Assembly (NCBI GenBank): GCA_027046965.1
Contig: JALTWR010000002.1
Location: 9,537-73,536, forward strand
Source of the DNA: Candidatus Altimarinota bacterium
GTDB taxonomy: Bacteria; Patescibacteriota; Gracilibacteria; Absconditabacterales; Absconditicoccaceae
Direction of reading: 5' to 3'
Length of the DNA: 64,000 nt
The position numbers and the translations under genes are program-made. Positions 1 to 11,500 of this stretch are shown piece after piece. The notes beneath the pieces were generated by a model. The model did not search any database. It had not been told where the DNA came from and saw only the letters and a list, made by a program, of their open reading frames with translations. The number at the start of each line of letters is the position of its first letter. The stretch's first letter is position 1.

Positions 1-561
1 CATAGAGAACGCCTCCTTAAATTTCGTCTTTTTATCTATGATATTAAAGATCTTATCATTTGGAATTACTATCAAAGAATCTACAGCAGTCTTCATTTTT
101 TCTAATCCTTCAATAGCATTTTGAAGTCTTTGCCTACCCTCAAAACTAAACGGCTTTGTCACCACTCCTACAGTTAAAATCCCCATCTCTTTTGCCAATT
201 GAGAAATTACAGGAGCAGCTCAAGTACCAGTTCCTCATCCCATACCTGCCGTAATAAAGACCATATCAGTATCTTCCAAAACATTTTTAATATCCTCGAT
301 ACTTTCTTCCGCCGCTTTTCTTCCTATCTCCGGATTAGCTCATGCTCCTAATCAGTTAGTAAGATCTAATCCTATATTAATCTTAGTAGGAGCAAGAGAA
401 TTGGCCAAAGCCTGTGCATCCGTATTTATAGCAACAAATTCTACTCATTCCACTCCATCTTGAATCATCCTATTAATAGAATTAACTCATGCTCCTCCTA
501 CTCAAATAACCTTAATCCTAGCTCCAGGAACAAAATCCGGTGTAAACTCTTGTAAATTCAT
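1..561 (-). CDS. ftsZ: Cell division protein FtsZ (partial; C-terminal part lies beyond the window start)
   Basis: Code-25 translation from ATG 559-561 gives [32 protein letters not shown]... It contains the tubulin signature GMGGGTGTGAAP, with two Gly encoded by TGA (235-237 and 220-222). ftsA lies immediately upstream. Confidence 0.95.
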
Positions 562-578
562 TTTTATAAATTATTTAA

Positions 579-1769
579 TTAAAATAAATTCTTAAAAAGC
601 TTTTTGAAAAAGCCGCCTATACCGCTAAACAAACCAGACTTAAAAAAAGACACAAACCCTCCTGCCTCTCATCAATACTTTTGAGACCACATATAAACAC
701 CTATACTATTAACAAACATTATATCATTACTAATTTCCGACAATCACAATTGTTTATCTTTTCACTCAAATACTGCTAGCTTCAAAACAGATTTTGCAAA
801 ATCTATAATTCATTCAATTTTAGCACCTCAACCTATTAAAAATACTCCTCAAGGCAATCTACCTTCCTTATCTATTTCTCTTAGCTGTTCATTAATTTTT
901 TCAAATATTTCTTCATATCTTGCTTCTACTATCTCCCTAAGGAATTTCATATCCAAAGTATCTGAATCATCAATATTTTTTGATAAGTTACCTAATGTTG
1001 CCTTTTGCAACTTAATCTTTTCAGCTTCTTGTAAGTCAACTTGAAGACCTATTGATATATCTTTAGTGACTTCTTCAGCTCAAATCGGTATAACTCACCA
1101 TAGCAGTGGATATCACTCCTCCCATACTACAAAAGAAGTTTGATTATGTCCTATATCTACAAGTAGTGTTCCAAGATCCTTAGAATCAATATCCAGTGCT
1201 ACCTCAGAAGCAGCTAAAATATTGGGAACAATATCTATTACTTCTAGATCAACTTTTGCAAAAATATCAGCTATTATATCTTGCAAATTCTTTGGTAACA
1301 AAAATATATCAGCCACTAGCTCTAATCTTTTTGCTTCTAATCAAACTGGGTCCTTTACCTTCAACTCTTCATCAATTATCCAATATACTGGAACTATTTT
1401 AACAACATCATAATTTGGCCTATAAACAGTGTCCTCCACTATTCTGAGCAGATGTTGCACATTATCATTGTCTACCTGAGGCTTCAATATTCTTGTTAGT
1501 TCTTTGATTCTTTCAACTTTTAAATAAGGATGAGAAAGTCCAACAACAACTGAAGATATCACATCATCACCTATTTTTCTTTTTATCTTTTCAATTAACT
1601 GAGATAAAGAAGCTATCACCTCTCATCCATCCAAAATTTTTCCCTTACGTAATCATTTAGTTCTTTGAACTTCTCTAGCTATCACTCAAACCTTTCCCTC
1701 ATCTTCCAAGAAAACCGTTCACTTTAAAAAACCATTTCCCAGATCCACAACTAATTTTAGATCTCACAT
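579..1769 (-). CDS. ftsA: Cell division protein FtsA (397 codons)
   Basis: Track ORFs 1113..1316 and 1341..1619 are in one frame and joined through TGA. The N-terminus reads MGDLKLVVDLGNGFLKG. The C-terminal amphipathic helix reads ...GLFSGIGGFFKKLFKNLF, with stop TAA at 579-581. Classic ftsA-ftsZ order. Confidence 0.9.
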
Positions 1770-1869
1770 CTGAAAGGGATATAAAATAAAACTAATGTAG
1801 TTATAGAAATTCAAAAAAACTTTTCAAGAGACAACCTCAAAAAACTGATATATATTTTATATCAAAGAA

Positions 1870-2670
1870 TTACTTCCATATCACACTGATCACTTGTTGC
1901 CTAATATCCTTGTGTATTTTAACAACTCCTTTTTTGATAATTGTGCCAACGCCTAGACTCTCTCCATTCCAGTAGGCTTTGATTAACATCAATGGGCGCC
2001 ATAAAATATATATCATACTGTTTGTAACATTTCCAAATATATTGTCTATCAATCTATTTGTTTTATTAACTTTTTTTACCAACAACGGAATATTCAAATC
2101 TATAATTTGTTTTGGTTGCCATCAGGGTAAAAATTCCTTTATCCATTTATTGGCTATATAAAAATTAACAACATTCCATCCCCTGCTAAATATAGGAACA
2201 GCATGAGCTATCCAATAAATCAAATAAATATCTATAGGTGCAAGGGACATATTTTTAAGCTCAAGTTGATCCTCTTCCACCCAAAAACTCAAGCAGAACC
2301 TTTTGTACTTATGGCTTTTAGTTGTCCTGATTTTTCTGAATATCCACCAAGCATATAACCTAGCAATCCATAATCTATTTTTTTGGACTACTAAAAATAA
2401 ATCTATATCAGAGTTATTATGCACTCCTCTAAAACTAATAGAATTCACCACAAAAGCTCACTTGAGAAATGGAATATCAGCTAATAAATGTTGATACTTT
2501 TTGATTTGTGCAATCAAGTCTTCTAAAATATCTCGTCTAGGATTTATATTTTCAAAACTATCATCCGCAAAATCAGGAAGTGACTTTAGATCAAACTTAA
2601 AAAATTTTTTTTCATCCTCTAGAGGAAGAGGATATTTCATAACATAATAAAACACATACGGATTAGTCAT
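1870..2670 (-). CDS. Nucleotidyltransferase-fold (Pol-beta superfamily) domain protein, 266 aa
   Basis: Three same-frame track ORFs (1870..2097, 2122..2451, 2458..2670) are joined by TGA. The motif SISFRGVHNNSDIDLFLVV resembles the GS...D.D NTase motif. The ATG overlaps the rpoD stop by 8 nt. Confidence 0.6.
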
Positions 2671-3880
2671 CTTTTTGCGAGAAATTAGTATCTCATAAGC
2701 TACTTTTTTGTTTTTTTAGATGTTCTTGCCTTTCAACATCAACATTTATACCCAACATTTTGCGTAAACCTTCATGTTCCTTTAGTTTTTGAAGAACCTT
2801 TTGCTCAATCTGCCTTACTCTCTCCCTAGTTACATTAAATTCTGCCCCTACTTGCTCTAATGTATATCTTGGTCCATCTATACCATATCTCATCTTTATG
2901 ATTTTAGCTTCTCTATCATCCAGCATTTGTAAAATTTTATTTAAGTTCTCCTTGATGACCTCCCTTTCTAAAAGCTGATCCGGCCTAAAAGTCTTAGTGT
3001 CAGGGATCAAATCACCAATACTATTTTTTCAATCATCGCCTACCTCACTATCCAAAGATATGTTTCCAAAGATTACTTCTTGTAGTCTCTTAATTTTTTT
3101 CTCAGATACTCCCAATTTCTCAGCAATTTCCTTCACAGTAGGTTCTCTACCTAATTTTTGAAACAATTCTTGAGAAGCCTTATTATAAGCACTTATCTCA
3201 TCCATTAAATGAACAGGGATTCTAACATTTTTTGTCATATCAGCGATAGCCTTAGTTATAGACTGCTTAATCCACCATGTTGCATATGTGGAAAATTTAA
3301 AGTCTTTATCAGGATCAAATTTGTCAATAGCTTTTAGAAGGCCTACATTACCTTCTTGTACCAAATCCATAAATGACAGCCTTGAACCAATGAATCTTTT
3401 GGCTATAGAAATAACCAACCTAAGGTTTGCCTCTATCATTTTCTTTTTTGCTTCCTCATCTCAGTCCTGAATTCTCCTTGCCAATTCTTTTTCTTCTTGA
3501 GCAGTCAACAAAGGAATTTTTGAAATATCATTAAAATATAGCTTTACAAAATCCTTATATTGAGAGTCTAGAGAATGATATTTTTTTTCAAACAAAGATA
3601 TACTCCCCAATGACCTTCATTGTTGCTCTCTAGCTTCTTTTTCTAAAGTACTCTCTATAGTTTCTATCTTAATACCTAATTTATCTGCAAGATCATAAAA
3701 TTTTTCCAAAATCTCTATCTGTTCATCAATGTTTTCGATTTCAGAAATAAGATCCTCTTCTACTATTTTACCAGTTTCAAAACCTTTACGTAAAAATTTT
3801 TGCAAATTAACAGGTAAATCTTGAATATCGTCCTTTAGCTTCTCCCACAAAAGTTGTTTTGTCTTTGAAATCTCAGCCAT
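2663..3880 (-). CDS. rpoD: RNA polymerase sigma-70 factor RpoD
   Basis: Same-frame ORFs 2693..3010, 3029..3439 and 3617..3880. Region 2 reads [18 protein letters not shown]...[14 protein letters not shown]. Region 4 reads [21 protein letters not shown]. The track 'stop' at 2693-2695 is TGA, so the true stop is TAA at 2663-2665. Confidence 0.9.
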
Positions 3881-3902
3881 TATATCAGTTTTAAAAATAA
3901 AT

Positions 3903-6359
3903 TTAGTTTTCTCATCTTAGCTTAAATCCTTCTGCCCTTAGCCTATCTATCACCTGCCCAAAAAAATCTTCAAAAAATCCCTTTTTCATATCTTTAGGAG
4001 CTACTATTTTTAGGGTTAGCGTTATACTCTTTTTACCCTCAGGAACTCCTCTACCTACATAAATATCTTTAAGATAAATTTGCTGAATAGGTTCCATAGA
4101 TTGCAACAAATCTATTAACTTCTTCTCATCCTCTGTAAGATCAATTACAATACTCAAATCCTTGTAAAATATATTATCAGATAATGTAAGGATTTGCGGA
4201 TGTGCAGGAGTATTTAATATATCTACTATTTTTTGTATGTCAAGTTCAACAATACCTACTTGAGCTCAGTCCTCAAATCCTAGTTTAGAAAGGGTTATTG
4301 GAGACAATGTACCTAAAAATCCTATTTCAATGCCATTAACTGTGATCATACCAAATTGCTTAATATGAAAAAAGTTACTAAAGATATCACTTTTTTTGTA
4401 TCACACATCAGCATTATTAACCTCTAGCCTAGTTAGAATTCAGTCAATAAGCGATTTAAGATGCAAAATAGGGCTATCCTTAAAAGTTTCGCTATCTTTT
4501 TGATACCACAAATAAGCTATTTTACGATATTCTTTTTGATCTTGCCAAGCTCTACCAATATCCAAAATTCTAATTTGCTCAAAATATCTAAAGTTTTTTT
4601 GTAGTACCTCAATTAGTGATAAAAACAAAAATGGCCTTAAATATGTAGAAGTTGGATCCAAAGAATTTATTATCTTAATTACTTCTTCCAAATCTATATT
4701 AGCTATTTCCAACAGTTTTTTGGAAACCCAGGGATAAGTTTCAACCTGATCAAAATGAAAATCTCTAACGCCGATATCTACCAGCTCTCTTTCAAGCTCA
4801 AATACTTTATCAATAGGATGATATTTTATTTGCTGGGTAGGAAGATGGTTTGAAATCTTATCATATCACCATATTCTCCCTATCTCTTCTGCTAAATCAG
4901 GCAAGATATTAATATCCTTAAGAGATCTAAACACTGGTACTTTAACTGTACTCCCTTGTATTTCAAATCCTAGTGCTTCCAAAATTAAATCCATTTTGGG
5001 ATAAGGTATTCCTTCAGATACTCCAAAAAGGAGTTTGTTTATCTCTTCCCTAGAATAATCTACTACTTTTTCAGGATTAAAACCTTCTAGATGCCAGCTA
5101 ATACCATTTAATTCATAATTACCTAAATCTTTTTTATAAGTTTTTAATAAGTCCAAAAATAAAATTAAAGCATAAGCTGAAAAGTTTGGATTAGGGGATT
5201 TTTCAAACCTAACCTGTGCATCTGTCCTAAGCCCCAGTCTCACTCAAGTTCTTCTAATTTTAACAGGATCAAAATGGGCAATCTCCACTGCTATGTTTTT
5301 TGTCTGAGAAGTAATTTGGGAGGATTCTCCTCATATAATTCCGGCTAATGCTAAAATCTTTTTTTCATCTGCAATAACAATATCCTCCGAAGATAAAGTA
5401 TGTTTTTCTCCAGTAAGATCTACAAATTCTTCTCCATCTTTAGCATTTCTTACTATAACCTTTCCTTCAATTTTATCAGCATCAAAAAAATGCACCGGCT
5501 GAGAAGTCAAAAACATAAATAAATTTGAAAAGTCTACCCAATTATTTTTGGGAATAGCTTTAAGATCGTACAAAGATAATCTAGTCAAAAAGGACGACTT
5601 TTTTATGGTAACATCCTTGATATGAACCAAAATATAAGTTTTGGCATCTGGAGTTTTTACATCCACTCCAATAGGTCAACCAATAGAACTATGTAATAAT
5701 TCTATCAGATTAGTATCTCTAAATTGCGCAAAAATACCTGGTAATCCATTGAATTTAATTTTAGTAGAATCTAGCAAACGATATATTGCGTTTAACTCTA
5801 CTCCTATTCCTAGGTGTCCAAAAAGGTCTGGCCTATGTGTTAAGGTTTTGTTATCCACCTCAAATACAGTAGATTCTAACCAAGGATATTTTTTAACCAA
5901 AGGAACTCATATATCAGACTCATCAATATCGTCAAAATCCTCATCTAAAATCCAAATCCATTTTTGTTCTTCGTCTTCTGGGATACCTAACTCTGATTTT
6001 GAACAAATCATTCAATTAGAGCTGATCCCTCTCATAGGCTTTGATTGAATGGTGATATCTATCGCAGGCAAAAAAGTACCATCTACAGCCACGGGAACAA
6101 ATGCTCATTCTCTAAGGTTAGTAGCACCTGTAATTATTTGTAAACTTTCTCTCCCTATATTTATTTCACACACCCAAAGTTTATCTGCATTTGGATGCTT
6201 GGTTATTTTAATTACTTTGCCTATTATTACACCAGTAGGAATCTGACGAGTCTCATATCACTCTATCTCACAGCTTTTCAAAGTAAGAAGATCTTTAATA
6301 TTTTGAGGAGAATCATCCACACTTATAAATTTTTTTAAAAGTCAACTAGAAAAATACAT
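3903..6359 (-). CDS. pheT: Phenylalanine--tRNA ligase beta subunit
   Basis: Five same-frame track ORFs (3912..5900) plus an N-terminal tRNA-binding domain: MYFSSGLLKKF...KVIKITKHPNADKLWVCEINIG. B3_4/B5-like segments are present (MRLGLRTDAQVRFEKS) and the C-terminus is FDX-ACB-like. The track stop at 3912-3914 is TGA; the real TAA is at 3903-3905. Confidence 0.9.
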
Positions 6360-6401
6360 CAGCCATATTCAATTTATTCAAGTAAAAAACTAGATGTATC
6401 A

Positions 6402-6429
6402 GTTATAACAAAAGATTATTTTTTTTCAA
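6402..6429 (-). promoter_or_regulatory. Putative sigma-70 promoter for pheT
   Basis: On the minus strand: TTGAAA (6424-6429), a 16-nt spacer, then TATAAC (6402-6407). This sits about 43 nt upstream of the pheT ATG and downstream of the hairpin plus U-tract that ends the GC-rich RNA. Confidence 0.3.
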
Positions 6430-6431
6430 CT

Positions 6432-6680
6432 AAAAGGAAACCCCACCCGGGGTACCGAGCGGGGGTGATCCGTCGGCACCCAGGGCGGGGTGTTCCCCTT
6501 AATTATGAAAGTGACGTTCGTATTTTATCCACCTTCATAGTTAAGAAGATTACCCTGGGTGCCGACGGCTTGTCCAAGCGGCTCCTGAGGTCAGGATCAC
6601 CTACTTGGCAAGGAGGAATACCTCCATTTACGCCATCGGGAGGCTACCGCGTCCTGGTGGACCATCCCTTTAGCGTTGAT
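6432..6680 (-). ncRNA. Structured GC-rich non-coding RNA, class unresolved (strand tentative)
   Basis: A GC-rich island in an AT-rich genome.
- Perfect 16-bp helix: 6470-6485 CCGTCGGCACCCAGGG pairs with 6553-6568 CCCTGGGTGCCGACGG.
- A nested 16-bp helix, 6498-6513 with 6530-6545, has one wobble and one mismatch and a 16-nt loop.
- Side hairpins: GGGGTGTTCCCC (6487-6498) and GGAGGAATACCTCC (6612-6625).
- On the minus strand the element ends in a GC stem followed by TTTCCTTTT. Confidence 0.55.
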
Positions 6681-6802
6681 TATATATTAATCACCTTTTA
6701 AAAATAAACAAAAGCTCAACTTAACTTTTTAGATATTAAATTTATGATATTTGACTATTGCCACAGCTTTATATAAAATATGCCCTAAATGCTACCTATA
6801 AG

Positions 6803-7723
6803 CTATCAACTTAATTTGTTTTTCAAAAATTCTACTATCGTAGGATCATTTTTATCTACTGTTAAACTGAGATGTGGATAAGATATAGAAATATTATGTT
6901 CATCCAGTGCCTTTTTAATAGCTTTGTTAACCCTAGATTGTATAATACCTACCGCAGCCTCAAAATTAGCAGGAGCAAAGTAAACCACTTTAAACACAAC
7001 TCAAAATTCGTTAAATGCTGATACTAACACAGCAATATTTTCTAGCTTTATTAGACCTGGAACTTTCCTAATAGCTTCCGATACTATTTTTTCAATTTTA
7101 TCAATATCTTCTAGGTGAGAGACACTAAAAGAAGAAGTAAGTCTAATAAATTCCTCCGAAGAAAAGGTTTTTAGAGGATTTGTGATCAAATCAATATTTG
7201 GAACAACCACTTTTCTCAAATCCAACAACTTCAAAACCGAATATCTCACGTTTATTTCCTCTATCCTTCCCATATATGAATAGTTGGGTGTTACAATCTC
7301 TATAATATCTCCTATTTTGAACTCTTTAGTGGTAAGTACCAAAAGTCATGCTACAAAATTTTCTAACAATTGCTTAAGGGCAAATCAAATACCTATAGAA
7401 AGACCTCATAAAAATATGGATAAATCTATTCCAACCAACGAAAAGGCTATCACAAAACCTATAGTAAATATAACATAATAAGCAATATTTCACACTAAAT
7501 CTGCCACCTTATAAGCGTGTTCATCCTTTCCCACAATATTAGATTTGATAGCTCTAGAAATCCTTTTAGATATTACAACTCATATCACATAAAAAACAAC
7601 AAGCACTACAATAGCTCCTCCAAACCCCAAGACATACTTAATCACCAAAGTTATATAGTCCTGAACAGCACTAGCTTGCTGTCCACCTCACACCTGTGCT
7701 TGGGCTAAAACCTTATTAAACAT
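6803..7723 (-). CDS. mscS: Mechanosensitive ion channel, MscS family (306 aa)
   Basis: Same-frame ORFs 6806..6997 and 7001..7342 plus a TGA-joined N-terminal TM region: MFNKVLAQAQVGGGQQ...GIDLSIFLGGLSIGIGFALKQLLENFVAGLLVLTTKEFKIGDIIE, which is the typical MscS core. The real stop is TAG at 6803-6805. Confidence 0.8.
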
Positions 7724-7730
7724 TTTTAAT

Positions 7731-8555
7731 TTATTGTAGAGTAAAAGTAAGCCAATTAAATGATTTAACAGGCGCTATTAGATTTAACTGCTTATATAAT
7801 ATTTTATTCATCTCAGAGAGAAATATCAATATTGGGACTTGCCTTTTAACCAATAAGTATCTATATACAGGGACTTTTAACTCTATGTGGATACTAGATG
7901 CTTCAAAGCTCTTAACGTTTACTAACACATTCTCACAGTCTATAAACTCCTTAGTAGTATTTTGTTGACAAATTATCTTTTTAAATTGAAGCTCAATTTC
8001 ATCAATTCTAGAAGAATACTCTACCGGCATGACTATCTCATATCTATGAATTTGCTGATATACTGCCACTGCATTTTTCAAAAAAGAAAAATTATCGATC
8101 AAAATCCTATGGTTATCAAAATCCCTTAACACCACAAAAAATACAGTAAAATCTTCGATAGTAGCAGGTATTTGCAAAGTAGGTATGTCCACTATATTTC
8201 ATATTTCAAAATTAGTGTTTTCAACAATTCGCAAAAAACTAAAAAAATTTCTCAAAGGTAAATCCAAAAAAATTCCCAAAAAAAGTCCTATAGTACCTCA
8301 CAATATAGCAACACTTCCTCCCCATAACCCCAAAATTACAACAAAGGTAACAACAACCGTTAAAACAAAAGGTAAATAGTACATCAACCACCAAAAATCT
8401 CAACTATAATCATCAACTTTAGAATATTGGTTTCGAAGCCATTCCTGAAAATATTTTCCAAATCTCAAAGATAAAACTTTACCCATCCCTCGCCCAATTA
8501 AAAATAGTACGACAGAAAGTATAACTTTTAAAATGTAAACTATTACAACTTCCAT
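7731..8555 (-). CDS. MscS-like mechanosensitive channel paralog (274 aa)
   Basis: ORFs 7731..8192 and 8400..8588 are in the same frame and joined by TGA. TM helices are followed by ...FLRIVENTNFEIGNIVDIPT (MscS beta-domain-like). The start is taken as ATG 8553-8555, 8 nt after the upstream stop. Confidence 0.65.
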
Positions 8556-8563
8556 CTTATTAC

Positions 8564-11500
8564 TTAAGTAGCTAAAGACTGTTCTCACTGAGATGGATAA
8601 TTAGCTCTATTTCTATTGTTACCTTGTTTCAATTTCTCTAATCTCTGGCTTATCCATTCATCATCGGTTCTTATTTCAATTCACAAAGCATCTTTTAAGA
8701 AATCAGCAATATTTCCCAACTTATCTCTCTTTAATCTATCCCTTAACAATCTTTTAAAAGCCTCTATAGCATCTTTAACCTCTCAAGGCAGTTTGTTATT
8801 ATATCTCCTGAGGAATACCCCCAAAGTAACTTTATCAAGAAGAGCGTCGCATTCTCAATTAAAAGTGCCGTTTTTTTCTAAACAATAATAAATTACAGCT
8901 CCTAGATCTTCTAGCCCATCAGATGTATATACCCTTTCTCCAAACCACAGAGCATACTTTTGTAATATAAACTTCATTGTCTCTTTTTCTTCTGTAGCTG
9001 GATCATTAACACCTTCAAATCATTTTTGCACACTCTTCCAAATATAGTGAGCTTGTCTTTCTTTATTAGGTGCAAAAGCACCTGTATGAGGATTTATAGC
9101 TAATCACCGCTGAACCATAACATAAGGTCCCTGAGCCCAAACATTCTCCAAAAATGGCGATTCTGGATCCATCAGATTTTCAAATATACTCTTTCATATT
9201 TCTGCCTGATTAGCACGCTGCAAGTAAGCCTCTATAGCACTCAATTCTTCTTCCTCCAGTGGCGAAAGCTCCCCTCTTTGTTTTCTTTCCTGATACCTAT
9301 ACCTTATTTTCAACAATGAACTTTCTTCATCCAAATTTGACAAAAGCAACACCCTTTTTAGCTGTTTCCCATATTCAAACCACCGATCTCGGTATTTACC
9401 TAGGATTTTATTGAAGTGTTTCGAAAAATTTTGAGGACTAATATTCTCCGGACTCCAATCAGGAGAAGCAAAACTACTAAAAGGCGGGATTCATATATTC
9501 TTAGCTATAGCATCCAAAAGCCTGACAAACCTAACACTACCCTCATAATCTATAATAAATCAATGAGCAGGAATACCAAAAGTCCTTCATAACTTCACAT
9601 AGTCGTCCAAAATATCACGAGAAAAATGACCAGACACCGGTAGACCAACTACCAAAGGAGCCAAATATGCACCTAAAGAGATATCTCCCTCTTCTTCTAT
9701 AGTTGCCTTGCTTAATAATGCCTTAAGTCCTCACAAAGCCTCCGCAACCTTCAAATCTCCAATATTTCATCTTACATCTTCAAATATTCCGGCAAAGGAT
9801 ACTGAAGAAATATTTTTGGAATATTCATCTACACTAGAGGAACTACGAGAAGCACCAAATGTCTTGATAAAGGCTTTAGGGAATTTACTACCAAATACAT
9901 TTTTAGATTTTTTATCCTTTTTAAGATTTTCAAAAATATAAACTGATTCCAAATCCCCTAAATCCTCAATTAATTTACGATTATCAGGATTGTTAGCTAA
10001 TTGTGACAGTTGCGAGTTATATTTTGCCTTAAAAGCCTCCCAATGTTTTTCTCATAATATTAATCTTACCCACACACCTTCTGAAGCATATTTGGCAAGT
10101 GCTTTTGGATACAAACTACCACCTCATCAACTTTCTGCTACAAACATTAAATATCCGGCTGCTTTCAGTTTTTCTCTGAGCGATTTTATTTCCCCTTTGG
10201 GATACTTCAAAAATAAATCTCTCTCTACTTTTCTTAGCGCTTCTCAACTGTCAACTCCTCAATCACGAGATAATAAATCTTTGTATTTGTTTATAACCCC
10301 CCAAATCTTGGAATCATACTCAGTAAAAGCATCAGCAAGTACATCTTGGAATGCTGAGCCCAAGGCTTTACCCATAAACTTAGAAAAAGCATTCTCTAAA
10401 GCCAAATAATGAAATTTTGTAGCATCAAATTCTTCCCTTTCTTTGATTTGAGCCATCCAGGCATCCCAAATGCTTTTCAATCATCCACCTATAGCTCATA
10501 TTGAAAACCACATTATTCCTCTCCCAGGCTTATGTATGCCTTGAGGAGTTTCTATTTTTTGAAATAACTCAAACTGTTCATATTGAGATTGAGTGTATCC
10601 TTCAAAACCGTTGTATCCTACCCACAATAAAAAGGAATCATAACTCATACTAATAGTAGTTGCCTTTTGTCCCCCAGCTGGAGTTATATGAACAAAATTA
10701 TTATCAAAGGAAACCTCAAATAATTGATAAAAGTCTTTGCCTCATTTTTTAGTAGGTCTTCCTACATATTTTACCTCTTCTCCTTGAAACTCTCCGCTCT
10801 TAAATGTTACCCTTCCTCTTTCCCATTTTGTCATTTTTTTCCACCAATCAGAAATCTTTTCACCTATTTTTTTATAATCATTTTTAACCTCCCACTCACT
10901 TAAATATCTACCACTTTCAACAAAATTGGGTAACTTTCTCATCTTAAATATACTAGAACCCATACTATCTTTGATATTATTAAGTCACAGAAATAATCAT
11001 CTAGAATCCACCACTACTTCTCTAGAAGCTCCATTCACAGTATCAGTAAAAGGAGTAATAATAACCCTATAAGAATTATCATCTATTTTGACAATATTAA
11101 TTTTAATCCAATCGAAAAAGCCTGCCTTTTCAAACAGAGAATTTCAACTTCATTTTGGTCTTCAAGCATAGTGAAACAATACAATCCCCTCTCAGTTTTC
11201 TAAATCTTCAAGTCTAGCATGAATCTCTCCAGAAAATTCAGATAAAATCCTTTCTGCTCTTTCTAAATAATTAGTGTCACTTTCCATATCCTGACTCTCA
11301 GTTTCATTATCTCATTGAGAAGGTTGTTGAGAATCCTCAGAAAATGGTTGCTCTTCCTCTTTACCATCTCCTCACTGAGATATATGCCCGTCTTGGGTGT
11401 TCAAAAGGAACTCCCCTAGCAAGTCTGTGCCCCTTACCCTACTTAAAAGATCTTGTATATCATTTATTGATATATTAGACTTAAAGCTAAGAAAAATAGC

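Noticed and set aside
6432-6680. T-box leader, tmRNA or RNase P RNA assignment for the GC-rich RNA
   Set aside because: I found no T-box sequence (AGGGUGGNACCGCG) and no specifier-loop layout. A promoter-like element for pheT lies downstream of the RNA's own terminator. The CCACCA string on the minus strand is near the 5-prime end and has no T-arm before it. No P4 motifs were found. The class is left open.
6465-6701. 78-aa plus-strand ORF in the GC-rich island
   Set aside because: It overlaps two perfect or near-perfect 16-bp helices and hairpins, and all neighbours are minus-strand genes. It is better explained as a structured RNA.
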